This document shows positions 27,830-37,189 of a stretch of 64,000 nucleotides of DNA, one piece after another; within the stretch, counting starts at the first letter, position 1, and the number at the start of each line of letters is the position of its first letter. Source of the DNA: Bdellovibrionales bacterium. GTDB lineage: Bacteria > Bdellovibrionota > Bdellovibrionia > Bdellovibrionales > JAGQZY01. The notes below the pieces were generated by a model. The model made no database searches and had not been told where the DNA came from. It saw only the letters and a program-made list of their open reading frames with translations. The stretch is from NCBI GenBank assembly GCA_964230645.1, contig CAXRHT010000003.1, positions 608,001-672,000 of the forward strand, written 5' to 3'. The position numbers and the translations under genes were made by a program.

Positions 27830-28084
27830 TTATCGACCCTGAGAAACGGCGCCATGAAAGAAGTCGGACATATCTTTCTTCTTAATATCGGACTCTTCGA
27901 TTTGTTCCATTTCAATGCTGATCCCAGCTCTTGAGCCCTGAAGGGTCTGAGTGATGCTGGCTATTTTCTTACTTGTTGTATTTGATAGAAGCCTCATCAT
28001 CCCCATAGTGGCCACTGCCATTAACGCGACGATGACCATATACTCCACAAGGCCCTGTCCTTTTTTGTTTTTCAATAGTTTCAT
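27830..28084 (-). CDS. Flp family major pilin
   Basis: AAAGGAG RBS; KKG|QGLVEY Flp motif. Confidence 0.85.
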   Translation of the reverse strand: MKLLKNKKGQGLVEYMVIVALMAVATMGMMRLLSNTTSKKIASITQTLQGSRAGISIEMEQIEESDIKKKDMSDFFHGAVSQGR

Positions 28085-28220
28085 AATGCATTCTCCTTTT
28101 TGTTTAAAAAGAAGATGTGCAAATAGGGGAGGCATGGGCTTTAGAGCCTATGAGAAATTTAAGTCATTTAGTCCGAAATCTGGCCGGACTTATAAGATGG
28201 GAAGAGTTTTCGAAAAAGAC

Positions 28221-28445
28221 TTAGTCCGTCTTCTTTTTACCTGAGCGACTTTTCTTTTTGGCTTTGGCTTCTTGGCGCTTTTGACTAATGTTGTCAATAA
28301 TTTCGAAGGCCTCTGTGCGGAGATCATTTTCGTAGATGAAACGATAGAAACCTTCGATCTCGGGGCTTTGGCGGAACTTTTTTAGGGACGCGGGGATCGA
28401 TGGGGCATCGCTATCGGAATTGGATTTACTTTTCTTTCTTGCCAC
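28221..28445 (-). CDS. Small basic hypothetical protein
   Basis: AAAGGAG RBS with GTG start; folded core FRQSPEIEGFYRFIYENDLR flanked by Lys-rich tails. Confidence 0.75.
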   Translation of the reverse strand: MARKKSKSNSDSDAPSIPASLKKFRQSPEIEGFYRFIYENDLRTEAFEIIDNISQKRQEAKAKKKSRSGKKKTD

Positions 28446-28590
28446 GAGCGCTCCTTTTTGTGCTCACAATCTAGCACAGTCGCCTCTGGGGTCAAGTTTA
28501 ATAGACTTTAAGAAAGCCAGCTTTGGGGCGTGACATCAGGAAAGGAAGGGCTTAAAAATCAGCCCTACACAAATTCTTGAAGGAGCGATT

Positions 28591-29448
28591 TTGCTAAAGC
28601 TGGATGGCCGAGCCTATGCAGGTGAGTTAAGAGAGAGCCTCAAGGGGCGAGTTGAAAACTTCCAAAGCACCACTGGAATTACGCCCTGTTTAGCCGTGGT
28701 TCTAGTGGGTGATGATCCTGCCAGCCAAGTTTATGTGTCTCACAAAATCAAAGCCTGCAAAAAAGCGGGAATTCAATCCATTGAAAAAAGACTGGCTGCT
28801 GACACCAAAGAGGAAGAGCTTATATCTGTGGTGGAGGCCTTAAACAATGATCCAAGCGTTCATGGCATCCTGGTTCAGCTTCCTTTGCCGGAAAATATCA
28901 ACGAAGAACGCGTGATCGATAGTATCTCTGCTCTTAAAGACGCCGATGGGTTAAGTGTCGAAAATCTAGGTTTACTCCTTTCCGGGCGTAAAAGAGTGGC
29001 CCCCTGTACACCCAGCGGGGTGATTGAGCTTCTAAAAAGAAACGAAATTGAAATTTCTGGAAAGCGAGCTGTGGTTGTGGGGCGAAGTCAAATTGTGGGT
29101 AAACCCATGGCCCTTCTTCTTTTGCAGGAAAACGCCACAGTCACTATTTGTCATTCGCGGACCAAAGATATGCGGGCTCATCTAAAAGAAGCCGACCTCG
29201 TAGTGGTGGCCGCCGGGCGCCCCGAGTTTTTAGGAAGAGATGACTTTAAAAAGGGAAGTGTTGTGGTTGATGTGGGAATCCATCGCAAAGAAAATGGAAA
29301 ACTTTGTGGAGATGTCCGAGCCGATGAGGTTACAGACATCGTTTCCGCTCTCTCTCCTGTGCCCGGAGGTGTGGGGCCGATGACCATTGCTATGCTTTTA
29401 GAAAATACGTTGAAGTTAGCCAAACTGCACGGGGAGAAAAATCAATGA
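28591..29448 (+). CDS. folD: Bifunctional methylene-THF dehydrogenase/cyclohydrolase
   Basis: DPASQVY, GILVQLPLP, KDADG, PCTP, GRSQIVGKP, PVPGGVGPMT. Confidence 0.97.
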   Translation: MLKLDGRAYAGELRESLKGRVENFQSTTGITPCLAVVLVGDDPASQVYVSHKIKACKKAGIQSIEKRLAADTKEEELISVVEALNNDPSVHGILVQLPLPENINEERVIDSISALKDADGLSVENLGLLLSGRKRVAPCTPSGVIELLKRNEIEISGKRAVVVGRSQIVGKPMALLLLQENATVTICHSRTKDMRAHLKEADLVVVAAGRPEFLGRDDFKKGSVVVDVGIHRKENGKLCGDVRADEVTDIVSALSPVPGGVGPMTIAMLLENTLKLAKLHGEKNQ

Positions 29449-30536
29449 GTGAAAATATTAAGAAAACACCTATGGAAGCCACTCATATCGAGCAAGGCGG
29501 AAAAATGGTTGAATTTGCTGGCTGGAATATGCCTGTGCAGTTCGAGGGGATTAAACAAGAACACAATCATGTGCGCACAAGTGTTGGCCTTTTTGATGTG
29601 TCCCACATGGGAGAAATACGTGTTCGTGGAAGAGAGGCTTTAAAAACTCTGCAGTGGTTAACCACAAATGATGTTTCAAAACTCACCAAAGGAAAGGCTC
29701 AGTACACCCTTTTTCCCAATGAACAGGGCGGAATCGTCGATGATCTTATTGTCTACTGTTTAGAACCCAATGAAGACTATCTCCTCTGTGTGAATGCATC
29801 CAACACAGAGAAGGATTTCAATTTCCTCAGCAAAAACAACCGCGGGGCGATCATAGAAAATGAAAGCGAGCAGTGGGCGCAGATTGCCATTCAAGGTCCC
29901 AAAGCCATGGAGACCCTCGGCCAAGTGGCGCCAGTGGATATGAGTGACTGCGGAAGCTTTGAATTTAAAGATTGGGAGAGTGAAGAGTTTGGGCTCTGTT
30001 ATATCGCTAAGACGGGCTACACAGGCGAAGAGGGAGTGGAGATTTTTGTCCCCTGGGATAAAGCCAATGCACTTTGGAAAACTTTTTTTGAAAAAGAGCC
30101 AGAGGTAAAGGCCATCGGTCTTGGAGCTCGCGACACCCTGAGAACAGAGATGAAATTTCCCCTTTATGGCCAGGAGATCACCGATCTCACCAACCCTTAC
30201 GAGGCAGGCCTTGGCTGGGTCGTAAAGCCTGACAAAGGTGATTTTCTTGGAAAATCCGAAATGTTAGAAGCTAAGAAAAAAGGATTGAAGAGGAAACTGG
30301 TAGGCCTTGAGGTCACCGGCAAAGGTATCGCCCGACCCGGTTACAAGGTCTTTTCCGTTGACAGTGAAGAAATGGGTGTTGTAACGAGTGGTACTTTCTC
30401 ACCAAGTTTAGACAAAGCCATAGCCGTTGCCTTTGTGGATAAAGACGCAAGCGCGATAGGCACAAAGCTTCTTGTAGAAATGCGGAAGAAAATGATAGAA
30501 GCTGTGGTAGTAAAAACGCCCTTTTATAAGAAGTAG
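29445..30536 (+). CDS. gcvT: Glycine cleavage system T protein
   Basis: FAGWNMP, FDVSHMG, TGYTGE, GLGARDTLRTE. Confidence 0.97.
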   Translation: MSENIKKTPMEATHIEQGGKMVEFAGWNMPVQFEGIKQEHNHVRTSVGLFDVSHMGEIRVRGREALKTLQWLTTNDVSKLTKGKAQYTLFPNEQGGIVDDLIVYCLEPNEDYLLCVNASNTEKDFNFLSKNNRGAIIENESEQWAQIAIQGPKAMETLGQVAPVDMSDCGSFEFKDWESEEFGLCYIAKTGYTGEEGVEIFVPWDKANALWKTFFEKEPEVKAIGLGARDTLRTEMKFPLYGQEITDLTNPYEAGLGWVVKPDKGDFLGKSEMLEAKKKGLKRKLVGLEVTGKGIARPGYKVFSVDSEEMGVVTSGTFSPSLDKAIAVAFVDKDASAIGTKLLVEMRKKMIEAVVVKTPFYKK

Positions 30537-30548
30537 AGGAGTTCGCAA

Positions 30549-30935
30549 ATGGCCTATGTTCCAGAGGAATACTATTACACAAAAGATCACGAATGGGCTC
30601 AAGTGGATGAGAACGTGGTCACAGTCGGCATCACCGAGTATGCTCAAGAGCAGCTTGGAGAAGTGGTTTATGTGGATCTTCCAGAAGAAGGTCAGAAAGT
30701 CACCCAAGACGAGAGTTTTGGAGCTGTAGAAAGTGTAAAAGCCGCCAGTGACCTTATTGCTCCAGTTTCTGGTACAGTCATCGAGGTCAACGACTCTCAC
30801 TCTGAAGACACAGGGCTCATTAATGATGACCCTATGAATGACGGGTGGTTAATTCGTATCGAAATGGATACTGAAAAAGAGTTAGCAGCCTTGTTAAAAG
30901 CCCCCGATTACAAAAAGCTCATTGAGAAAAAGTAA
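30549..30935 (+). CDS. gcvH: Glycine cleavage system H protein
   Basis: HEW, GITEYAQ, VESVKAAS lipoyl-lysine motif. Confidence 0.97.
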   Translation: MAYVPEEYYYTKDHEWAQVDENVVTVGITEYAQEQLGEVVYVDLPEEGQKVTQDESFGAVESVKAASDLIAPVSGTVIEVNDSHSEDTGLINDDPMNDGWLIRIEMDTEKELAALLKAPDYKKLIEKK

Positions 30936-31006
30936 TTTTTAGGGCATGTTGATTCGGTTTCCGTCGCTCCGAACAAAAAAGCGTCGATACATTTTTTCTT
31001 GTCAAC

Positions 31007-31091
31007 GCGCTTGTGGTGGAATTGGCAGACACGCTAGACTTAGGATCTAGTGCCGAAAGGCGTGGGGGTTCGACTCCCTCCAGGCGCACCA
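31007..31091 (+). tRNA. tRNA-Leu (anticodon TAG)
   Basis: GCGCTTG/CAGGCGC acceptor stem, CTAGA-CTTAGGA-TCTAG anticodon arm, long variable arm, GTTCGACT T-loop, encoded CCA. Confidence 0.97.
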
Positions 31092-31117
31092 ATCGCAAAT
31101 GTCTCCGACATTTGCTC

Positions 31118-31244
31118 CCGAGCTCGGATCTCTGATATCTGAGCTCAGAGCTCTGAGAAGCTCAAAACTTGGATTCCAAAATTATTCCACGCAAAGACAA
31201 TCCAGGATCCCGTGTACGGGCCCCTGAATACTGGATTCCGGTAC
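31118..31244. repeat. Two arrays of degenerate 7-bp tandem repeats
   Basis: CCGAGCT CGGATCT CTGATAT CTGAGCT CAGAGCT CTGAGAA (31118-31159) and CAGGATC CCGTGTA CGGGCCC CTGAATA CTGGATT CCGGTAC (31203-31244). Confidence 0.55.
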
Positions 31245-31401
31245 TTTTATCGTTTCCAATAAGGTGAAATGGTGAAATCTACGGCTCAGCTATAAAATTT
31301 GCCTGCTCCGGTTACAGACGCGGTGGAATTCTGAGGGCTTGTGTTTTTCATCTTTATTGTTAATACTCCAGGCCTTCAAGCATGTAGCCCAGGGAGATTT
31401 A

Positions 31402-31824
31402 ATGGCGAATTCTGGAAATAAAAACCTTACAACAAAAGAAACTATGGATTCAGATACACCGATCACGATATTATGGGACGGCATCTTGTTAATACCTGTC
31501 GTAGGGCCGGTCGACTCTCTTCGTGCCAATCGCTTGATGGAGGATATGCTAGAGAGAATTCCTAAAGATGATACCCGAATTGTAATTTTAGACATATTGG
31601 GAGTCTTGGCCGTGGATTCTTCCGTGGCTAACCACTTATTGAAAATGTCAAAAGCCTCGCGGTTAATGGGGTGTGAGTTTATTATTTCAGGTATTTCTCC
31701 AGCCATAGCCCAGTCGATGGTTCAATTAGGGATCGATCTAAGAGATATCGACTCAACGACCACTGTTAAAGGTGCTTTAGAGCTTGCGTTTGATAAACTG
31801 AAACTTGAGGTGAAACCTCGTTAA
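31402..31824 (+). CDS. rsbR: Stressosome RsbR-like STAS protein (no N-terminal sensor domain)
   Basis: TPITILWDGILLIPVVGPVDSLRA, ILDILGVLAVDSSVA, SGISPAIAQ; ATG 31402 after GGAG. Confidence 0.88.
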   Translation: MANSGNKNLTTKETMDSDTPITILWDGILLIPVVGPVDSLRANRLMEDMLERIPKDDTRIVILDILGVLAVDSSVANHLLKMSKASRLMGCEFIISGISPAIAQSMVQLGIDLRDIDSTTTVKGALELAFDKLKLEVKPR

Positions 31825-31836
31825 AACGGTTACTTT

Positions 31837-32184
31837 ATGACCAGCAATTTTTATACAGTTCAAAACTGCTTAGTAGTTTCTTTGACAGACAGGGCCCTTG
31901 GGGTTGGACTCCAACCATTATTGGAAACTCTTCTAGAGAATATAAGCCGATCAAAAAGAAAAGGAATAATTCTAGAGCTCTCGGGTGTGAGTATAATGGA
32001 CCGGAAAGTGGCTGAGAAAATCAATCAGTTTGTAAATAAACTAGGAATCTTAGGCTTTGCCTGCGTTTTGTCAGGCTTGAAGCCAGGGACTGTCGGAGCA
32101 TTGGTAACCCTTGAAATACCTCTGGAAGTAAAAAATATTACGAGGAATGTGGACGAGGCTCTAGCAATTCTAGGGTGTGGATAG
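31837..32184 (+). CDS. rsbS: Stressosome RsbS-like STAS protein
   Basis: 115-aa STAS domain (GIILELSGVSIMD, SGLKP) between rsbR and rsbT. Confidence 0.8.
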   Translation: MTSNFYTVQNCLVVSLTDRALGVGLQPLLETLLENISRSKRKGIILELSGVSIMDRKVAEKINQFVNKLGILGFACVLSGLKPGTVGALVTLEIPLEVKNITRNVDEALAILGCG

Positions 32185-32651
32185 GTAAGGTAGTTATTAA
32201 CGATACGATTGAGCCAACAAGAAAATTTCTAGAACGATCAGTCCTTATTAATAAAGTTTCGGTGAAACAGGAAGTCGATATTGCTAATGCAGTGAAGGAG
32301 ACCTTTGTAATTACAGGCAAAATGGGCTTTCGGCGTTCTATACAGTTTTTAGTAGCGACTTCTGTCTCTGAATTAGCTCGAAACATTTTTCAGTATGGGA
32401 ATGGGGGGATAATTTTTTTTGGAGAATCCAAACCTGAGGCCCCCCAAAAAGGAATTCATATCGAAGCCTGTGATCAGGGGCCTGGTATTGAGGATATCGC
32501 TTTGGCTATGCAAGATCATTATAGTACCGGTGGCACTCTAGGCCTAGGCTTACCGGGAGTAAAAAGAATGATGGATGAGTTTTCGATTGCCACCCAAATG
32601 GGAGAGGGAACTTGTGTGACTTGTGCAAAATGGGAGAATTCCCGTGAATAA
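32175..32651 (+). CDS. rsbT: RsbT serine/threonine kinase (start uncertain)
   Basis: SELARNIFQYG, DQGPGI, STGGTLGLGLPGVKRMMDEF. Confidence 0.92.
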   Translation: MWIGKVVINDTIEPTRKFLERSVLINKVSVKQEVDIANAVKETFVITGKMGFRRSIQFLVATSVSELARNIFQYGNGGIIFFGESKPEAPQKGIHIEACDQGPGIEDIALAMQDHYSTGGTLGLGLPGVKRMMDEFSIATQMGEGTCVTCAKWENSRE

Positions 32652-33228
32652 ATTGGAGTGCCATTGGGTGGGCCGTCCCCATCCTCACTGTTACGACAGT
32701 GGGGATATTGGTTTTTGCAAAAAAGAGGGAAACCTTTTGTTGGGATTTATTCTCGATGTTACCGGGCATGGAGAAAAAGCTTTTCAGCTCGCTCAACAGA
32801 CCAAATCTTTCGTAGAAAAAAATTTGAACACGGACTTGGAGGAGTCTGTTGAGAGTCTGCACGCGAACTTAAAAAAGACAGTGGGCGGTGTCGGAGCATT
32901 GTTAAAAATAGAGGATTCGGGCCAGGGGGAGCTGGTCGCTATAGGTAATGTGACAGCTCGTATCATTGGGAGTAAGAGAGATAAACATCTTGTGAGTATG
33001 GGTGGTCTACTTGGACAAATACTTCCTAATATTTATCCAGAAAAATTTGAGCTTAATATCGGGGAATATTTGCTTCTTCATACTGATGGACTTGTCGGAC
33101 ATACAAAAAAAGATGAATTTCTGGATGTTATCGGTCAATCTGCACAAATTGCTGCTGAAACATTTTTAGGACGTTTTTCCAAAAATACAGATGATGCCTT
33201 TTGTATGGTCATTCGGAGGACGGATTGA
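32644..33228 (+). CDS. rsbX: RsbX-like PP2C phosphatase
   Basis: SGD, DVTGHG, IGNV, LHTDGL, DDA motifs; GTG start after GGAG. Confidence 0.85.
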   Translation: MNKLECHWVGRPHPHCYDSGDIGFCKKEGNLLLGFILDVTGHGEKAFQLAQQTKSFVEKNLNTDLEESVESLHANLKKTVGGVGALLKIEDSGQGELVAIGNVTARIIGSKRDKHLVSMGGLLGQILPNIYPEKFELNIGEYLLLHTDGLVGHTKKDEFLDVIGQSAQIAAETFLGRFSKNTDDAFCMVIRRTD

Positions 33229-34892
33229 ACTGGCTAGGAAAGGTGGAGATAAAAAGCTCTGACTCTGTTCAAGTATTCAAGAACAAGTTTATGCGAATTG
33301 GGCAGGATCTGGGCATGAGCACTTACAAATCTTCCCATTTGGTGGCGATCCTCACTGACCTTCTGGAAGAGAGATCACAAGGTTTTGTCACCCACTCAAT
33401 CAGTTTAGGAATCAATTCGTCTGAATCTTCATTACTATTAGCTTTTTCTACCGACTCACCGACTGATTTGTATTCTAGAGTAAAAAAGCTCGGTAAAGTC
33501 TACGATTGGTCTGTTGACTATAGTTTCGAAAAACAAAGAAAAAAGGTTTTTTTAGAAATTAGGGGACTAATACAAGTTGAGGAAATTTCAGCGAGTATCT
33601 TTGAAAAAATAAGATCGATCCTCGCAGAATTAACTACTGAGGAAAGTTTAGCAAAAGATCTCGAAAATTCTTTTTTACAACTTAAAGAAAAATCAAAACA
33701 ACTCAATGATGCTAAAAAAGCGGCAGAGATCGCCAGTCGTACGAAAAGTTTATTCTTGGCGAATATGAGTCATGAAATTAGAACTCCTTTAGGAGCCATT
33801 CTGGGCTTTTCCAATTTGCTTAAAGAGAAAAAACTCAATGAAGAGCAGCGTCAGAACTATATTCATATAATTAATCGAAACGCCAGTCAGTTGAAGGTCA
33901 TTATTGATGATATTCTTGACCTGTCTAAAATTGAATCTGGAAAAATGCTTGTTGAGCAGTCTGAATTTTCACTTTCCAACCTACTAATTGATATTAAAGA
34001 AACTATGGGGATGAAGTCTTCTGCGGGCGGTATAGAGTTTTACGTAGTTTCTGATGGTCTAATACCCGAATTTATAATTTCCGACTCAACACGGATTCGC
34101 CAAATTCTTATAAATCTTGTCGGCAATGCAATGAAGTTCACCGAGAGTGGTCATGTGATGGTTAAAGCTCGATATTTTCAAAACTTCAATCGAGTAGGTG
34201 TGTTGGAATTTGATGTGGAAGATACCGGTATAGGTATGAACCAAGACGCTCAAGAAAAATTGTTCGAACCTTTTACCCAGGCGGACAGCTCCACCACTCG
34301 GCGTTTCGGAGGCACAGGTTTAGGGCTAACCTTATCTCTAAAACTGGCGCAAGCCCTTGGAGGTGAGGTTAAATTATTAGAATCCAAGCCCCATGAGGGG
34401 ACGAGCTTTCGTGTTTCTTTAGCTTGTCAGGTGGAAAGCACATCTGAATTCTTATCGTTGGGACGAGACTCCGAATTAAAAACAAGAATGGATTTTGAGC
34501 CCTCTAGAGAAAATAGATTGAAGTCCGCCAAAATTTTAATTGTGGATGATTCCATAGAAAACCTAACTTTAGCGAAAGTTTACCTTAGAAGAAATGGCGC
34601 CACTCCCAGTACAGTTACTAGTGGTCTTCAGGCTCTTGATTTCTTGAGTAAAGACAAGGTGGATCTTGTATTGATGGATATTCAAATGCCTGGCCTCGAT
34701 GGCTATGAAACCACGAGGCGATTGAGGGAGGCAGGTTTAACCACCCCCATAATCGCTCTAACTGCGAATGCATTTAAAGAAGAAAAAGATAAAGCCTTGC
34801 AGGCAGGATGTGATGCCTATATTACCAAACCTTTCCAAGAGGCTTTGTTGGTTGATACAATTGTAAAATTAACATCAGCCAAAAGTATTTGA
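33225..34892 (+). CDS. Cytoplasmic hybrid histidine kinase/receiver, probable stressosome output
   Basis: FLANMSHEIRTPL, NLVGNAMKFT, DTGIG, GGTGLGL, receiver LMDIQMPGLDG and KP; TTG start coupled to rsbX stop; no TM segments. Confidence 0.92.
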   Translation: MNWLGKVEIKSSDSVQVFKNKFMRIGQDLGMSTYKSSHLVAILTDLLEERSQGFVTHSISLGINSSESSLLLAFSTDSPTDLYSRVKKLGKVYDWSVDYSFEKQRKKVFLEIRGLIQVEEISASIFEKIRSILAELTTEESLAKDLENSFLQLKEKSKQLNDAKKAAEIASRTKSLFLANMSHEIRTPLGAILGFSNLLKEKKLNEEQRQNYIHIINRNASQLKVIIDDILDLSKIESGKMLVEQSEFSLSNLLIDIKETMGMKSSAGGIEFYVVSDGLIPEFIISDSTRIRQILINLVGNAMKFTESGHVMVKARYFQNFNRVGVLEFDVEDTGIGMNQDAQEKLFEPFTQADSSTTRRFGGTGLGLTLSLKLAQALGGEVKLLESKPHEGTSFRVSLACQVESTSEFLSLGRDSELKTRMDFEPSRENRLKSAKILIVDDSIENLTLAKVYLRRNGATPSTVTSGLQALDFLSKDKVDLVLMDIQMPGLDGYETTRRLREAGLTTPIIALTANAFKEEKDKALQAGCDAYITKPFQEALLVDTIVKLTSAKSI

Positions 34893-34963
34893 ATCCTTGC
34901 CGTTATTTCAGCTCTTTTTAAATTACTCTAAGCGAGATCAAGTTTTAGTTTGAGTTGAAGCGG

Positions 34964-35464
34964 TTAACTATTTTTTTCATACATACCCACAATTGTACTG
35001 GTAATATCTATTCCCTTTTTTGCCCAAAGAACATTGTCGGCCATTTTATTGAGCACAACATCAAAGCCTTCCTTATCTGCTAGTATTTTAATCTGTTTTT
35101 GTAATTTAGCAATTATAGGAGCTGTGACCTCTCTTTGTTTTTTCTGAATGTTGAATTGAAACTCCTGACCTTTTTGTTGCAGCTCCATGGACAGTTTTTG
35201 AATTTCTTTTTGCTGTTCAGACCGCTTAGCTTCTGACAACAGTAGGGCTTTTTTTTCAAAACTGTTGATCTTTTCTTTGAGCCCAAATTCCTTTTTTTTG
35301 AGAGTTTCTTCCATGAACTTGTATTCTTTCATTAATTCTTCTTTCGCTTTTTGCCCCTCTTTAGTGGCGTGAATGGCTTTTTGCATATCGATAACAGCAA
35401 TGTTGAAATCAGAGGCAAGAACAGGGGGAGTCATTAAAACTAAGCAGCAAAATATAAGTCTCAT
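34964..35464 (-). CDS. skp: OmpH/Skp periplasmic chaperone
   Basis: Signal peptide, IAVIDMQKAI, coiled coil, GFDVVL...DIT. Confidence 0.85.
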   Translation of the reverse strand: MRLIFCCLVLMTPPVLASDFNIAVIDMQKAIHATKEGQKAKEELMKEYKFMEETLKKKEFGLKEKINSFEKKALLLSEAKRSEQQKEIQKLSMELQQKGQEFQFNIQKKQREVTAPIIAKLQKQIKILADKEGFDVVLNKMADNVLWAKKGIDITSTIVGMYEKNS

Positions 35465-35788
35465 AAGAGTCTCCTTTTCGTTTACTTTGCATTTTTTTAA
35501 AGGAGGCGGCCACTCTCATAAGACTGGTTTGTGATATTGATTGACTCGTTTGATGTTCGCAAAAAAGGTTAAAAATTCTCTCAAAGAGGCTAAAAGGTGC
35601 CACAGTATTCAATTCTCTTATAGGTCAAATAGGCTGGACTTTTGTCTAAATGCGTAAACAGCTAAGATTCTGTCATGCAAGCAAAAATCGTTCATTTATA
35701 AGGTGTTCTAATTTGACCTTATAACGATTGATCATTAGGTTGCAGCCATAGCAACGGACTGTTCGCTAACATTTAGGGGGAGAATTCA

Positions 35789-37189
35789 ATGAAGAATCGT
35801 TCATTCTTATTATTAATCGCTACAATTTTACTAATGCCATCCACAAGTTGGTCACAGGTTTCTGAAAATTGTGTCCTACGCCAAGATCTGTTGGAGATTT
35901 CTGAGGAGTTTGATCAGTTCGAGTCACCGTCCTCCGATCAAGGTGTTTACTGTGAAGAGGACTTAGGTAAAGAAGGGCTGGCTATAGCCAAGGCTCTGAC
36001 TGTTTTAAAAAACATAACACCGAATGAGCCCGCCATTGTTAATGATGATGCCTTTACTTATAAAGCCATCGCCGAGAAAAACTGGTGGGACTACTTTACT
36101 AAGAGGGCCGAAAAGTTTGCAGTGATTCCAAACTGCCCAGAAGGTGTCGCCGCTTTCGTTCGACCTTTCTTTGGTAATGGAACTATAAACCTTTGCGGTC
36201 TTTTCTTTGAGATGAATGTCTCAAGCCAAGCGTCCGTAATGATGCATGAGGTTCGTCACTTTGATGGTCACGCTCACGTCACTTGTGCGCAAGGTATGGA
36301 AGAGGGCAACCAAGGAGCCTGTGATAACAACATCCGCGATAAAGGTTCTTACGCTATTAGTGTGCAAACATTAGTGGGCATGGCTCGCGCTGAAAATGTG
36401 AATGTTGGAGACAAATCACTTCTCGAAGCTGAAGCCATCTATATGGCCTTTAATAAGTTCAACACGGTCCCAAGACTTCGTTTGAACAAATCCATCATTC
36501 TTTCCAACCAAGCCGGAGAGGTTTTTCAGTGGCAGCTAAAGGATGACAAAATGGATCAACTGGGCCAACTAGTTGAACCTTCTATGGTCCTTCGTAGTGG
36601 GGGAACGCTCACAGTTTTCCCACTGGATCCACAAAGTGATGCCTATAGACAAGACGTGGCCTTAGAAACCGATGTTGAAAACCCTGGATTGTATGCCAAG
36701 CACTACAACAGCGAGGCACCTCTAGAGCGAGCCAGATATAGAAGTATCTCTTACTTTGGAGCGGGAGGACTGCTTAAAGACAACACTCTCATCAACCTTT
36801 GTGACACCAAGGATTTAACTCTCGGAAACACGGACTTAAATCCCTATGGAAATGTGCAAGCACTGATGAGTCTTTCCAAAGACGCTGCCGACCAGTTCCG
36901 CGACTCCTATATTCTTAACGACGAGGGCGAGCTCTATCGCTACGAGTGTGTTGAGAATGATAGCCAAGAGGTGGCCATCGAGCCTTCGCCTTTTCGTCTC
37001 ATAAACGGTGCGGACAAAGTGGTGCGTTCGTTTGGACTTGAAGGGGTGCAGTATTTCCTACTCGATACAGGAGCTTTATCGGCCGCTCAGTTTCAAGGAA
37101 ACAATATTGTTCTACAAGACATTGAGATGCCTGTGGCCAATCAAGGCTGGGTGAGTGCTACGCCTTTTAGTCTGCCGGAGGTTTTCTAA
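35789..37189 (+). CDS. Secreted putative zinc metallopeptidase
   Basis: Signal peptide; MHEVRHFDGHAHVTC (HExxH); Cys-rich; beta-rich C-terminus. Confidence 0.65.
   Translation: MKNRSFLLLIATILLMPSTSWSQVSENCVLRQDLLEISEEFDQFESPSSDQGVYCEEDLGKEGLAIAKALTVLKNITPNEPAIVNDDAFTYKAIAEKNWWDYFTKRAEKFAVIPNCPEGVAAFVRPFFGNGTINLCGLFFEMNVSSQASVMMHEVRHFDGHAHVTCAQGMEEGNQGACDNNIRDKGSYAISVQTLVGMARAENVNVGDKSLLEAEAIYMAFNKFNTVPRLRLNKSIILSNQAGEVFQWQLKDDKMDQLGQLVEPSMVLRSGGTLTVFPLDPQSDAYRQDVALETDVENPGLYAKHYNSEAPLERARYRSISYFGAGGLLKDNTLINLCDTKDLTLGNTDLNPYGNVQALMSLSKDAADQFRDSYILNDEGELYRYECVENDSQEVAIEPSPFRLINGADKVVRSFGLEGVQYFLLDTGALSAAQFQGNNIVLQDIEMPVANQGWVSATPFSLPEVF

Noticed and set aside
31118..31244. CRISPR array
   Set aside because: Units are 7 bp with no repeat-spacer structure, and no cas genes are in the window
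31007..35788. Integrative element at tRNA-Leu
   Set aside because: No integrase and no duplicated tRNA 3' end found downstream
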